From a virus: DNA of 64,000 bases. The notes below the pieces were generated by a model. That model made no database searches and was not told where the DNA came from. It was given only the letters and a program-made list of their open reading frames with translations. The translations under genes and the position numbers were made by a program. The stretch covers positions 32,001-96,000 of IMG/VR virus record IMGVR_UViG_3300033562_000245; one strand, written 5' to 3'. Below are positions 1 through 10,106 of the stretch, in pieces. Position 1 is the first letter of the stretch; each line of letters begins with the position of its first letter.

Positions 1-1923
1 ATTCAGAGCATTCGAACCTAATACTGTTGAGTCAATTAATGTGACAAATGTTCCTGTGAACGACAACGGAATTTCACATCCTTGTTGGTTCCCGTCGGTC
101 ACCAGATTCGTTAAATAAATTGTATTATCTTTGAACAGAGAATAATTAGTGTCTACATGTACATTGTAAATATGTTTACCGTCATAATCGGCATCAAAAG
201 TTGCTACTGCGCCGACCTTAATTCCTTTTACATCTTGAGTATAGAAATATACGGTAACATCATCGGGAGTAAAAGTACCTATAAAGTTAACCATCAATCT
301 AATATCGTAACCGTTTAAACCGTCATGGGTAATAGCTACAGCGTCTATGGTAACTTGAACATCAGCGTCTAAGTTTTCACCTAAAGACATTAAACTTGTA
401 GCTGTCGGTTGATTTAAATCATACGTATACGAGATAGGGTATCTGTTACTTCTTTCTAATCGAACATGGTAAGGTTGTTTAGTATAAATGTTACTGTTAT
501 AATCATTTATTTTATTAAAACTATTCTTAGCATTTAAGGCGATATATTCAACGTCGGTTAACGGAGTACATACGTCATTAATCGAATCGTACTTAAATAT
601 AGCATTAGGCATTATAGTAATACTACCATCTATATTTTCTTTTATCGTTAATGCACTAGCAGTTACAATATCATTATTAATAAAAGTAGATACGAAACCT
701 GCTGCTATTACATTACCAAATGAATTAGTAAGCTGTTTATGACATAAGAATATAAGATCGGTTATATTACATTCCAACCTTGACGACGTAAAACCAAAAT
801 CATTAAAGTAAGCTTCTATTTCCGATGGAGAAGTAAGAACTTGTTTATAGAAAGAGTTATTAATAACCTTAGTTCTTAACTCTGTAGAATCGAGACCGTT
901 AGTCCCTCCTATAATTACTTTATCCGTAGGTGCTAGAATCAAAGACTCCATCCTATCCAAAATCGACGAATAAGGATCGGCGGTGGTGATTTTAAAATCA
1001 ACCGTTAACTCACTCGCATTGATTGCTGATACTTCTACGTTTAGTTCGCCCTTGGTCGTATATATTTCAATCTTCATCTTTGTCTTTAAAAGACCGTTGG
1101 TAAAATATATAGGAGGTATACTAATTTGTAACTGAGAAGTATTAGGGTCTACAACGAATTGCACTGTCGGTGTATCTATGTCATAAATTGTTTCTGACAA
1201 AGTTACATTTAGAGAATCCCATTTAGCAGTGGTACTATTGTAATTGAATACTCTAAGAGCATAAAACTCATCGATATAGTTATAAACTTTAACAAACCCT
1301 GCATCCGGGGTAACTGCTTCTGTTGTTATAGCTTTTACAAATTGATACACGGGTATATCTATCTGTAAAAAGGTTAGACCTGAGATTTTGACTTCTCTCA
1401 TATTAAAAGAGTTTTCATCTATGGTCTGAAGGGGGTTAGGAGACGAGGTATCATAATAAGCAATAATAGCACTAGTACTTTTGTTTATCTTTATTATGAT
1501 AGGGTAATAAATACCAAACTGATAACTACCTAAAGTAAAAGATGTATTTTCAGGTATAATTATTTGTTGATAATTATCATCGAGACTCTTTGCGTTATGT
1601 ACTAGATATTGTTTCTCCATCAGCATTGTTATCGTAAAAGCTGCCGGTGTTGAATACACTCCAATAAAATCATAACTTGACATATGTTTGTATAAATCTT
1701 CAGGCGTCGTAGCTCTTAGTTTATATAAAACATCTATGTTTTGTTTACAGGCTAACATACTGTCGGCTATAGTAGCAGCAAACTTTTCCATTAGAAACAT
1801 AGGAACATTATTTGCATCTACTATAGGGACGCCTCCAGTGATCCTTGCTGCCAGATCATCAAGAGCATTCGCTTTTATTGTACATGGATCTAAGAACATA
1901 TCCATCATGTTTGAAGTGGACAT
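1..1923 (-). CDS. Virion structural protein, phiKZ gp87-like (baseplate wedge-type); 3' end runs off the window
   Basis: Translated by hand: ATG at 1923-1921, open to base 1 (MSTSNMMDMFLDPCTIKANALDDLAARITGGVPIVDANNVPMFLMEKFA...RATTPEDLYKHMSSYDFIGVYSTPA...). The 'TPEDLYxHMS' segment and position downstream of a gp88-like gene match recalled phiKZ-like structural genes. Not in the ORF track because it is truncated. Confidence 0.7.
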   Translation of the reverse strand, partial: MSTSNMMDMFLDPCTIKANALDDLAARITGGVPIVDANNVPMFLMEKFAATIADSMLACKQNIDVLYKLRATTPEDLYKHMSSYDFIGVYSTPAAFTITMLMEKQYLVHNAKSLDDNYQQIIIPENTSFTLGSYQFGIYYPIIIKINKSTSAIIAYYDTSSPNPLQTIDENSFNMREVKISGLTFLQIDIPVYQFVKAITTEAVTPDAGFVKVYNYIDEFYALRVFNYNSTTAKWDSLNVTLSETIYDIDTPTVQFVVDPNTSQLQISIPPIYFTNGLLKTKMKIEIYTTKGELNVEVSAINASELTVDFKITTADPYSSILDRMESLILAPTDKVIIGGTNGLDSTELRTKVINNSFYKQVLTSPSEIEAYFNDFGFTSSRLECNITDLIFLCHKQLTNSFGNVIAAGFVSTFINNDIVTASALTIKENIDGSITIMPNAIFKYDSINDVCTPLTDVEYIALNAKNSFNKINDYNSNIYTKQPYHVRLERSNRYPISYTYDLNQPTATSLMSLGENLDADVQVTIDAVAITHDGLNGYDIRLMVNFIGTFTPDDVTVYFYTQDVKGIKVGAVATFDADYDGKHIYNVHVDTNYSLFKDNTIYLTNLVTDGNQQGCEIPLSFTGTFVTLIDSTVLGSNALN

Positions 1924-1974
1924 TAAATCCTCCAGTGTTATCTATCTCGGGAACTAAATCCCTATGAGTGTTAT

Positions 1975-4347
1975 TTATTTCTTAAGAACAGCGGGAGCGG
2001 CAGCCGGTTTCGCCGACGCGGCCTTGGTCGCTTTGATCGCGGCAACCCGATCGTCCCAGATGTCGACCCCAGGTATCTTTTTATGCACGTACATTAAACC
2101 ATTGGGAGAGTCTACGATATACGGTAATCCCGACATGTTATGCCTTGTTAAATTGGGTATATTTTCACACCCGCCTATACCGGGACAATACCGATGGGCT
2201 AATTTATTAAAATCGTATATGATAGAAGGTCTATTGTACTCTACTACATTACCTACAAATGGTATAGAATACCTTCCCGATGAAGATATAAATCTTTCAT
2301 TTTCAGATGTATTCATAATAGCACCAATAGGAACTGATTTTGGGAAACAACCTGTAACTTTACAGAAGTTTGTAATAAATGTTTTAGAAGGATCTAAGTT
2401 AAACCTATATATACTTACAGTATAAGGAAGCATTTGAGCATCTACAAATTCTTTATACGCCATAATTTGACCGCTTCTCAACATTTGTATACAAGTAACC
2501 CATAATTGAAACAACAACATCAACGGCCCGCCTTGCGGGTCTTTAAATGTCAAGTTTAAATCGACCGATCTAAACAAGCCTAGACCGCCTTTGGCATACG
2601 TCTGATCTTCTTGATGAAAACCACCTTCTGTTGTTTCTGTTTCTAGATAAGGATCGGGAAACCCGCTTATACTAGTTATACCGTTACAGACAGGAATTAA
2701 CCATGGGGAATATCGATTAAATGATGGGCATGCCGCAATAGCGTCGGTGGCTTTCTGGGTCGCAGCGTATTTACTAAAAAATGTGTCCATGTAACATCGA
2801 ATAATAAATGCAATAGAGTTACAGTCGTATGTATCGAACAAGCTTAAAAAGTCATCCTGACGAAGAGAGGAATCTTGCATAGGCAAACAAGGTCTGGTCA
2901 TAAGAGTGATGTCGGCGCATTCATGATTAGGTAGCATCGTATTCAACTGATTTCTATCTAGATTGTATAGAAAACTATTGAGCGGGTTTACTCTACTTCC
3001 TCTTCCGCTTGATGCATGTATACTGTCAGTCCATGTTTTTAATTTCCCTCTGATATCAGTCTTTAAATTTTTGAGATTGCTGTTCTTTCCGTCGCGTTCT
3101 GTTAAATCATTAACGCGTTTGTCTTTCGCCGTACTTGCGGGTATGATGTCACCAAAACCCATAGACATTTCGGCCGACATTGACGCAGCTGCGTCTATCC
3201 CTGCACTAAGAGGCACCAAACTAGAACTTGTTTTAGCAGCTAGTGTTTCTACTTCCCAATGTTTAAATTGCGTAGCAACTACTTCTTTTATTTCTTTTAA
3301 TTGGTACGTAGGTATTTGTATATTAGAGGGGGGTGTTAAGTTATCAGAATCACTGACACGTAAAGAAGACGAAAAAGCTTTAGTAAAAGCAGCATCGCTT
3401 GCCGTCTGTGCATTGGCCTCTGCTTCTATTGTGTCGGAGTCAAATTCTGAGTATGGTTTAGGTTTGGAAAGCCCAAGGGATTCTTCAGCGGCAGTGATAC
3501 CGAGCGCATCGTCTTGAGCTCTTTCGGCTTCAGCTTTTAATTCTCTTTCTCTGCGTTCTAAATTGTCGACCGTGGCCCAGGCAGCTTCGTCGTAGTTGTT
3601 GTCAGGAGAAGAATTTGCAATATCGATGGCATCTTGTTTACGCTGGGCTATTTCCATCTGAGCATCGGCAATAAGAGTGACATGTTCTTGCTGTCTATCT
3701 AATTTATCTATTTGGTTGAATTGTTCATTAGATAACTCGTCACCGGATGATAAATCTCGAAGTAAACTCTCTTTCTGATCTTGTAATGCGGATACGGTAC
3801 TGTACTCAACATCGGCTATGTTGCGTTGCTCTTCTACTACTCTAGCTATGCCGGCTTCTTCTTGTTCGAGATCGTTTATTGCTGTTGCATTGTGTGTAAA
3901 ATCACTACGTGCGGTAGTATTCGAATAAATCTCATTTTTTTGATTATCGATGTCGGTTAATTTATTTGCATTTTCATTTATAATTTCAGATTGGCGATCT
4001 AAACTATCAAGAACAGCAGAAGCCCCCTCGTCTCCTCTATTATAAACAGGTTCCCTGAATTCTTCTCTTCTTTCTGCTATCGCATCCATCCCATCTTCTA
4101 TACGTTCTAAATCGTCGACAGAAGTTGAAGCAGAGGTACTATCTTCATATTCAGACTCTTTAAACATTTCTCTAACGCTTTTGGCGTGCATCAATTCCAT
4201 TGTCGCAGCGCGGTCAGTTTTAGCGTCGGGCCAATCATCCTCGTTATCAGAATTCTTTCTTTTCGCCAATTCCGCGCATCTTTGTTCTGCGGCTTTTATA
4301 TCGGCTTCTAATTTAGCCAGTCTATCTTGTGTCTGTTGATTCGCCAT
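1975..4347 (-). CDS. Virion structural protein, phiKZ gp88-like C-terminal domain with ~400-aa acidic N-terminal extension
   Basis: C-half motifs ITLMTRPCLPM, LIPVCNGITSISGFPDP, FKDPQGGPL, YTVSIYRFNLD, GCFPKSVPIG resemble recalled gp88 homologs; divergently oriented from a gp89-like gene as in phiKZ. Confidence 0.65.
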   Translation of the reverse strand: MANQQTQDRLAKLEADIKAAEQRCAELAKRKNSDNEDDWPDAKTDRAATMELMHAKSVREMFKESEYEDSTSASTSVDDLERIEDGMDAIAERREEFREPVYNRGDEGASAVLDSLDRQSEIINENANKLTDIDNQKNEIYSNTTARSDFTHNATAINDLEQEEAGIARVVEEQRNIADVEYSTVSALQDQKESLLRDLSSGDELSNEQFNQIDKLDRQQEHVTLIADAQMEIAQRKQDAIDIANSSPDNNYDEAAWATVDNLERRERELKAEAERAQDDALGITAAEESLGLSKPKPYSEFDSDTIEAEANAQTASDAAFTKAFSSSLRVSDSDNLTPPSNIQIPTYQLKEIKEVVATQFKHWEVETLAAKTSSSLVPLSAGIDAAASMSAEMSMGFGDIIPASTAKDKRVNDLTERDGKNSNLKNLKTDIRGKLKTWTDSIHASSGRGSRVNPLNSFLYNLDRNQLNTMLPNHECADITLMTRPCLPMQDSSLRQDDFLSLFDTYDCNSIAFIIRCYMDTFFSKYAATQKATDAIAACPSFNRYSPWLIPVCNGITSISGFPDPYLETETTEGGFHQEDQTYAKGGLGLFRSVDLNLTFKDPQGGPLMLLFQLWVTCIQMLRSGQIMAYKEFVDAQMLPYTVSIYRFNLDPSKTFITNFCKVTGCFPKSVPIGAIMNTSENERFISSSGRYSIPFVGNVVEYNRPSIIYDFNKLAHRYCPGIGGCENIPNLTRHNMSGLPYIVDSPNGLMYVHKKIPGVDIWDDRVAAIKATKAASAKPAAAPAVLKK

Positions 4348-4589
4348 GTTGTTACCTTTTTTAACACACTTGTATGTCGTATACGAATACTATCATATAG
4401 TTCAGAATGGTTATATACTAGAGGAATCTTATCCCTCTTTGTAATTTATTATGTAAGTTAACAAAATTTAATGACCTTATATTAGATCCTAAGGATCTAG
4501 CTAAGGTTTGATCATACTATCTTGATGAATAAAAAACAATTTGGTTATTTATTTATCGCTACCCAATGCATGTTCAGAAGGAGTTTTCC

Positions 4590-5678
4590 ATGAGTATAGT
4601 CGGTGAAATTTATACAGGTGTTTCCAACGTCGTAAAGACTCTTATTGACGCTATTCCAATCGGAACAGTAGAACATAGCGTTACTCAAATGGCTCAGCCG
4701 GCTATGTTGAATCATAGAGTAATTATAGAAGAGAGTCTAGCTAACTCTTCTATCATGCCAGCCGTTATGTCATTCCTTAATCAGCAAGTTGTAGGTTATG
4801 TTCTTACGGCCGTTCAACTTGGAAACTATGTATCTGACGGTAGAACAGTTAAAGATGTTATTTCTAGAATTTCAACCGAGTCCTTTGTAAATTCGGTAGA
4901 CTTGATTTCATTCGACGGTATTCCTAAAGAAAAACTACATCCAGAAACATTAAAAGCTATCGAAGATAAAACAATAATGGGTTTGGAGGCAAGCCAGACT
5001 GTTATTGATCTAGAAACCAAAAGTACAAGATTACTATCCTCTAGAGTTATTGAAGTAGATCTATCTATAGACAAAGAAGGTAAATCGATTAAAGTAAAAC
5101 TAGGCGTGTACCTTCTACCTTATTTTGTTAATACACAAATTATGGGTATACTTCTAGATACCCACAATCAATCCGGATTCTTTATTAGATGGAAGAAAGT
5201 AACGGCAGGTGAAATCAGTTTCTTCAAAGATTTTATTTTCTGTTTCGATCTAATTGAAAAATACAATAAAACTTTGAAAGCTGACCCTAAGAATAAGATT
5301 GGTGATGTTCTTAGAGAAAATCATATGAAAGAATTTCAGTCATATGTTCAGAGATTGAAGAAAGTAGAAAATAAGAATATGAATATAGCTTCTACTATAA
5401 TCATTGCAGACCATAAAACTATTCAAAGAAATGCGTCCGATTCGGGGTCTAATTTGGACGATTATAATACCAGACAAGAATTCTTTAATAAATCTCTAGT
5501 TATGATTCTGGTTGTTGTTGATGATATGTTCAATACCGTTAAGGTATATTACAATGGTATGAAAATGTATGCTACATGTACATTCGATACTCTAAATCGC
5601 ATCGGACAAAAATCAGATTCTTACGATCTTAAGGATATTATTACTGCTTTCGGTGGCAATCAAAATATTAGATACTAA
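4590..5678 (+). CDS. Head protein, phiKZ gp89-like
   Basis: Start better placed at ATG 4590 (RBS AAGGAG); synteny with gp88-/gp90-like neighbours; S-T-E and G-L-E candidate cleavage motifs. Confidence 0.55.
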   Translation: MSIVGEIYTGVSNVVKTLIDAIPIGTVEHSVTQMAQPAMLNHRVIIEESLANSSIMPAVMSFLNQQVVGYVLTAVQLGNYVSDGRTVKDVISRISTESFVNSVDLISFDGIPKEKLHPETLKAIEDKTIMGLEASQTVIDLETKSTRLLSSRVIEVDLSIDKEGKSIKVKLGVYLLPYFVNTQIMGILLDTHNQSGFFIRWKKVTAGEISFFKDFIFCFDLIEKYNKTLKADPKNKIGDVLRENHMKEFQSYVQRLKKVENKNMNIASTIIIADHKTIQRNASDSGSNLDDYNTRQEFFNKSLVMILVVVDDMFNTVKVYYNGMKMYATCTFDTLNRIGQKSDSYDLKDIITAFGGNQNIRY

Positions 5679-5695
5679 AACAGAGGGAACTAGCA

Positions 5696-6673
5696 ATGGG
5701 CGATACAATTCAGGACCTGTACGGAACAATTAAAAATATGTTCGAGAAACAAAAAGACGCCTCTGTTAAGAAACAGGATCTTCTAAAAGAGATGCGTGAT
5801 ATTCTTACACGAGCTAGGACTATTAGTTCTATTTTATCTTCCGACGATGTTCAGACTTTCAAACTTGAAAAATATTACAATGAAGTAATGAAAGATAGAA
5901 GTAAAGGATATGCACAGGCTTATCTAAACTTCTATGCTAAACTATCAACTAAAGCAAAAAGAACAGAAGATGTGTTAATGATGTCGTCTCTTACTTTTGC
6001 TGTTACTCAGAGTATTAGTATTCTATCCGATCTAGTAGATAACCTTGATAAATATATCGGTGTTACTGAAATTAATGAACATAACATGAAGATATCTCAT
6101 GCCGGCGTATTGAACTTCGTGTATGCGGTAAGGCATATCTGTAATTTCACTGTATTTATGTTCTGCGGTATAATGTCTGACATCAGTCCGAGTAAAATCA
6201 TTACTCCCAAATATAGGATACTTTATCTAGAACACCTAAACGACAATATGGCAGTTCTAGTTAATAATATTGTTAACTACAATATTTTTAAAGATACGGT
6301 ATCTTCTATCGACGAATTACAGAAGATGGGTAAAGATCTATTTATTATTAATACCGATACAAAATCGGACAATGGGGATCTAGCCAAACTTCTTCAGAGT
6401 AATCTAACGATTACATTCCCTTTCCATCTAACGATTCCTAATATTTTTCTTATGCTAGGTAGGACTTACCATGATATTGTTCATTGGTGGAATACTCGAA
6501 ATTTGAAAGAGAAAGAGTGGATGGAAACTAGGGTTGCTCTTCTGAGACTTCAGTTGGATAACGTAGATCCTAGTAGTCCGGAGTATGCTAAACTGTCCGA
6601 TGTTGTTCTTAAGTATGACAACATTATTACAGAATACGACGCTAAGCTTAAGAAATACTTTACAGAACTTTAA
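5696..6673 (+). CDS. Head protein, phiKZ gp90-like
   Basis: 325-aa ORF with RBS; C-terminal WMETRVALLRLQL...DNIITEYDAKL coiled segment; synteny. Confidence 0.5.
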   Translation: MGDTIQDLYGTIKNMFEKQKDASVKKQDLLKEMRDILTRARTISSILSSDDVQTFKLEKYYNEVMKDRSKGYAQAYLNFYAKLSTKAKRTEDVLMMSSLTFAVTQSISILSDLVDNLDKYIGVTEINEHNMKISHAGVLNFVYAVRHICNFTVFMFCGIMSDISPSKIITPKYRILYLEHLNDNMAVLVNNIVNYNIFKDTVSSIDELQKMGKDLFIINTDTKSDNGDLAKLLQSNLTITFPFHLTIPNIFLMLGRTYHDIVHWWNTRNLKEKEWMETRVALLRLQLDNVDPSSPEYAKLSDVVLKYDNIITEYDAKLKKYFTEL

Positions 6674-6689
6674 ACGAAAGGAGGTTAGC

Positions 6690-7748
6690 GTGCAATTACC
6701 AGGACCGAACGTTTCTAGTTCTAATAGGCCTTCTTTCGAAATTATTAAAGATGCCATAGAGAAAAAAGAATTTGTAAGTTTCTACGATAGTACCGGCATA
6801 GTTGCTATCCATATTTTAGAGAATATGAAAGCATTGTCGTACGAGAAGATCTCTATTTCTAATAGTTTAGCTGAAATATTTTTTATCAATACCTGCGTAG
6901 TTAAAAACGGTTATGCTGATAACTACAACGATCAAAACGATATAGAAGCTATGATTAGAGTTTATGAACGAGAGATTATAGATTACTATCAAAATAGTTA
7001 TAACAATCTCTTGGACTCAATAGTTACTAAATTCTTTATGAAAATATGTAGAGGATCAAGGCAGTTAAGTATTCATAAAAGTATATTTAATGTTTATAAA
7101 GAGATTATTTCTCTATGTAAAAGTAAGAGGAATATAACTCCCCATATATCTGATTTTGAACAGATTCAGAACAAGATAACTGCTATGTACAGCATATCCA
7201 AAAATGAATTATTCTACTCAGAAAAAGAATTAGCAAATATCAACGTTGATACAAATTACGATAATTCATTTATTAAAATTCATAAAGATGAGATAGAAGA
7301 ATGTCAGTTTGTATTCGATGAATTAGATCGATACAAGAGACTTAAGTTGATAAGTTATGATACCCATAAAAAATGTATCATTAATTTATACTTGTTCATG
7401 CTTTATAGTTATATGAATGTTAGCGATAATTTATATTTCTATCAGTACGATTTCTTTGGTCGTAAACCTTCGGGAAAGTCTATCGATACTGAATCTATTT
7501 CTGAATATGTCAAATTTAATTCGATTTACTATTCTAAAGATATTAATATCAATAACTTACCGAATATATCCAAAGAAACAGCTATTATGTACGACACTAA
7601 GATAAACTATAATCTTAATAAGATTAATAACATCGACAGTGAAGGAAAAGACTTATTACTTGCAATTAGATTTTTTCAAAGAACAGGGATGGAAGATTCA
7701 TACGGTGAATGCTACCCTTCTGTTCCTGATAGCGATTACAATTGTTAG
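6690..7748 (+). CDS. Hypothetical protein (probable GTG start at 6690, 352 aa)
   Basis: GGAGG RBS precedes an in-frame GTG at 6690; the track start at 6585 overlaps the previous gene. Confidence 0.6.
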   Translation: MQLPGPNVSSSNRPSFEIIKDAIEKKEFVSFYDSTGIVAIHILENMKALSYEKISISNSLAEIFFINTCVVKNGYADNYNDQNDIEAMIRVYEREIIDYYQNSYNNLLDSIVTKFFMKICRGSRQLSIHKSIFNVYKEIISLCKSKRNITPHISDFEQIQNKITAMYSISKNELFYSEKELANINVDTNYDNSFIKIHKDEIEECQFVFDELDRYKRLKLISYDTHKKCIINLYLFMLYSYMNVSDNLYFYQYDFFGRKPSGKSIDTESISEYVKFNSIYYSKDININNLPNISKETAIMYDTKINYNLNKINNIDSEGKDLLLAIRFFQRTGMEDSYGECYPSVPDSDYNC

Positions 7749-7848
7749 TATAGATAATATAGGAAAAATAGTTGTTTGGTAGCAACTATATGTATTAGCG
7801 TGAAATCAAAACGATCTTAAATTGTATCATTCCATGGAGGAAATATAA

Positions 7849-8916
7849 ATGAGTATTTTTGCAACACTTAATAGCGAACTGGCTACAAAGAAACAAGGCA
7901 CTGGCCTGATGAGCGTAAAGATGACAAATACTTTTGTTGAGCTGATTGAGAAAAAAGAAAACTTTGATAACGCCACTGACAATCTTCTTGACATGACAGA
8001 TCGTCTCGGTTCTCTGATCGATAGTACTATCAGCATGGGCAATTACATGGCTGTTATTAAAAAGAACGGCCTTCAGCCTTCTGTATGTTCTATCCTCGCA
8101 TACGAAGTTGGTTTCGAATCTATCGCGGGTATTTCTCTTAAAGATGTTACCACAGCAACTAGAGAACAGCTTTCCACTGAAGCTTTGGGAAACATGAAAG
8201 AAACGCTAGGAAAAGCTTTTGAAGCGGTAAAGAAGTTCTTTCAGAACCTTATTATTGCTGTAAAGAAATTCTTTGCTGCTCTATTCGACAGAACAAAATC
8301 AAACATGGCTGCTCTTCAGAAACTTAACGTTGGTGTTCTATCTAAAGTAGATAAAGCCGATCTTGAGTCTTTTAATAAGGCGGAAGTTAATGTTCTTTCT
8401 AAAGCTAATTATGACAAAGCATGTACTGCCGCATCATCACTCAAAGCTTGGATCAAAACAGCCGGATCTCTTGTAGATGGCGAAGTAAAACCTTTTTCTG
8501 TTCCTGGTCTTCCTTATGGTTTTGATGGTGAAAGCTGGAAAAAACTAAGCGGCAATGTTATTGAGAAGAAAAAAGAAGAACTAAGTAAACTCGGATGGTC
8601 TCCCGCTGAGTGCAAAGCTATGGCTGAAAAAGTAAATGCGAAACTAGCAGAAGTTCTGACCCTTAAAGCTGAAGTTGCCGCTATTGAAAAACTTTCAAAC
8701 AATGCAATTAAAACTTGCGATTTTCTTATTGAAGGTAAAGAAGGCGACAACGCAGCTAAAAAAGAGCAGCTTAAACAACAGCAGGCCAACATGAAACATG
8801 TTGTTAAAGGCCTTTCTATTTACGGCGGATTCGTAAATAGTATCTGCGGTGATTTTATCACTGTATGTTCAAAGATCAAGATTAAAGGCGAGAAAAAAGA
8901 AGAAGAGAAAAAATAG
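7849..8916 (+). CDS. Inner head protein, phiKZ gp93-97-type paralog
   Basis: RBS GGAGG; leader ending LSTE|ALG followed by the amphipathic helix 'LGKAFEAVKKFFQNLIIAVKKFF'. Confidence 0.65.
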   Translation: MSIFATLNSELATKKQGTGLMSVKMTNTFVELIEKKENFDNATDNLLDMTDRLGSLIDSTISMGNYMAVIKKNGLQPSVCSILAYEVGFESIAGISLKDVTTATREQLSTEALGNMKETLGKAFEAVKKFFQNLIIAVKKFFAALFDRTKSNMAALQKLNVGVLSKVDKADLESFNKAEVNVLSKANYDKACTAASSLKAWIKTAGSLVDGEVKPFSVPGLPYGFDGESWKKLSGNVIEKKKEELSKLGWSPAECKAMAEKVNAKLAEVLTLKAEVAAIEKLSNNAIKTCDFLIEGKEGDNAAKKEQLKQQQANMKHVVKGLSIYGGFVNSICGDFITVCSKIKIKGEKKEEEKK

Positions 8917-8950
8917 TTACTTAGAATACCAGGTAATACAAGTTATATAA

Positions 8951-8984
8951 AAACTACACCAGCCCTCTCGGGCTGGTGTAGTTT
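8951..8984. terminator. Intrinsic terminator-like hairpin
   Basis: 15-bp stem aaactacaccagccc/gggctggtgtagttt, 4-nt loop, then T-rich sequence. Confidence 0.75.
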
Positions 8985-9092
8985 GTTTGTATTTTAATAT
9001 TTTATGCTCTCATCGTTTTTTAGGTATGCATTACTCCTGTAGACTAATATTAATATATTTCTTTTATTATAACCCACCAAAGGAGACTACAC

Positions 9093-9641
9093 ATGACTAC
9101 AAAACAATTTTTCAAATCGTTACTCAGCAAAATAGTAAACGCTCTGTTTGTATTTCATTCAATCAAACGTAACATCCGAAATATAAAACGTTTACAAGTG
9201 CTGAATAAGTTGAATGTTTATTTTCCTGATAACGAGTTCGTGGCGTTGTCGAGATCTGACTTCGAGAACCTTTGGGCCGGTATTAATAACCTGCAGCATT
9301 GGATTGAGAACAGTTGGGATGTTCGATTCCCATACTCTTTCTTGGCCAAAGGAATCAAATGTCAATTCGATGGGACTCGGTGGAGTATTGTCAAAGACGG
9401 TACGTTTAAAAGAAATATCGGTAGTGCTATCGAACTTGGCTGGAGATCGAGTCAGATGGTCGATCTAAAGGGTCGCATTCTAACATTATTAGAAGAATGT
9501 TTAATGCTGGAACAATTGATGTATTCTGGTAAGTTTCCTGGTAACGTCAATAGAGCTTTTGTTATATATGAGAACACAGTTAACTCCCTGGCCAACGAAT
9601 ACATTTCTATATGTTCTAGGCTACGATCTGATCGTAAATAA
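9093..9641 (+). CDS. Leaderless paralog of the 7849..8916 head protein
   Basis: Aligns by eye to its mature part (FDGTRWSIV vs FDGESWKKL; IELGWRSSQ vs SKLGWSPAE); RBS AAAGGAG. Confidence 0.6.
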   Translation: MTTKQFFKSLLSKIVNALFVFHSIKRNIRNIKRLQVLNKLNVYFPDNEFVALSRSDFENLWAGINNLQHWIENSWDVRFPYSFLAKGIKCQFDGTRWSIVKDGTFKRNIGSAIELGWRSSQMVDLKGRILTLLEECLMLEQLMYSGKFPGNVNRAFVIYENTVNSLANEYISICSRLRSDRK

Positions 9642-9648
9642 GTAGGTC

Positions 9649-9656
9649 TATATTAC
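9649..9656 (+). promoter_or_regulatory. TATATTAC motif (phiKZ-type early promoter element)
   Basis: Exact match to the known phiKZ early consensus; the 14-mer taggtctatattac recurs at 57189-57202. Confidence 0.45.
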
Positions 9657-9782
9657 TTTAATGACTGGATAATAGAATTTCTCTATTCTTGACAAATTTG
9701 CCGATCCCAAAGTTATTGAAGAGGCCGGAGAAAACTTGAAGGCTTCGATTAAGATTACTTATGTAACCAAATAGTCCACCGT

Positions 9783-9814
9783 GTACAGAGCGGGTGTTCG
9801 CACCCGCTCTGTAC
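9783..9814. terminator. Terminator-like hairpin
   Basis: 14-bp stem gtacagagcgggtg/cacccgctctgtac with TTCG loop. Confidence 0.7.
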
Positions 9815-10001
9815 TGTTGTATTTAATTTTTTAAAAGAAAGGAGACTACCATGCATATATTCGTACTTGTTATAATCCTTATGTAGATCGATCTAGCCCT
9901 CATCAAAAAAATAAACGATGAGAGGGCTAGAGCAAGAAAAGAATCGGCTGCTTTTCGAAATACAAAAGCAGTTCGATACTCTCAAAGAAAGTTAACCCAG
10001 T

Positions 10002-10024
10002 AAGGCCCCCTTTTAGGGGGCCTT
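10002..10024. terminator. Terminator-like hairpin
   Basis: aaggccccct-ttt-agggggcctt. Confidence 0.55.
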
Positions 10025-10106
10025 TACACCTAACGAGTTTTATTTTTTCTGTTTCTATCTTATAGGATCTCATTAATACCGAACCACTATAAAAAAGGAA
10101 TGGCCG

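Noticed and set aside
1688-3517. Plus-strand ORFs 1688..1957, 1964..2425 and 2963..3517, and the many similar short antisense ORFs across the track
   Set aside because: They lie opposite long, motif-bearing genes, lack RBSs and read as antisense shadows.
6585-6689. N-terminal 35 aa of the 387-aa track ORF
   Set aside because: It overlaps the upstream gene; a GGAGG RBS supports the GTG at 6690 instead.
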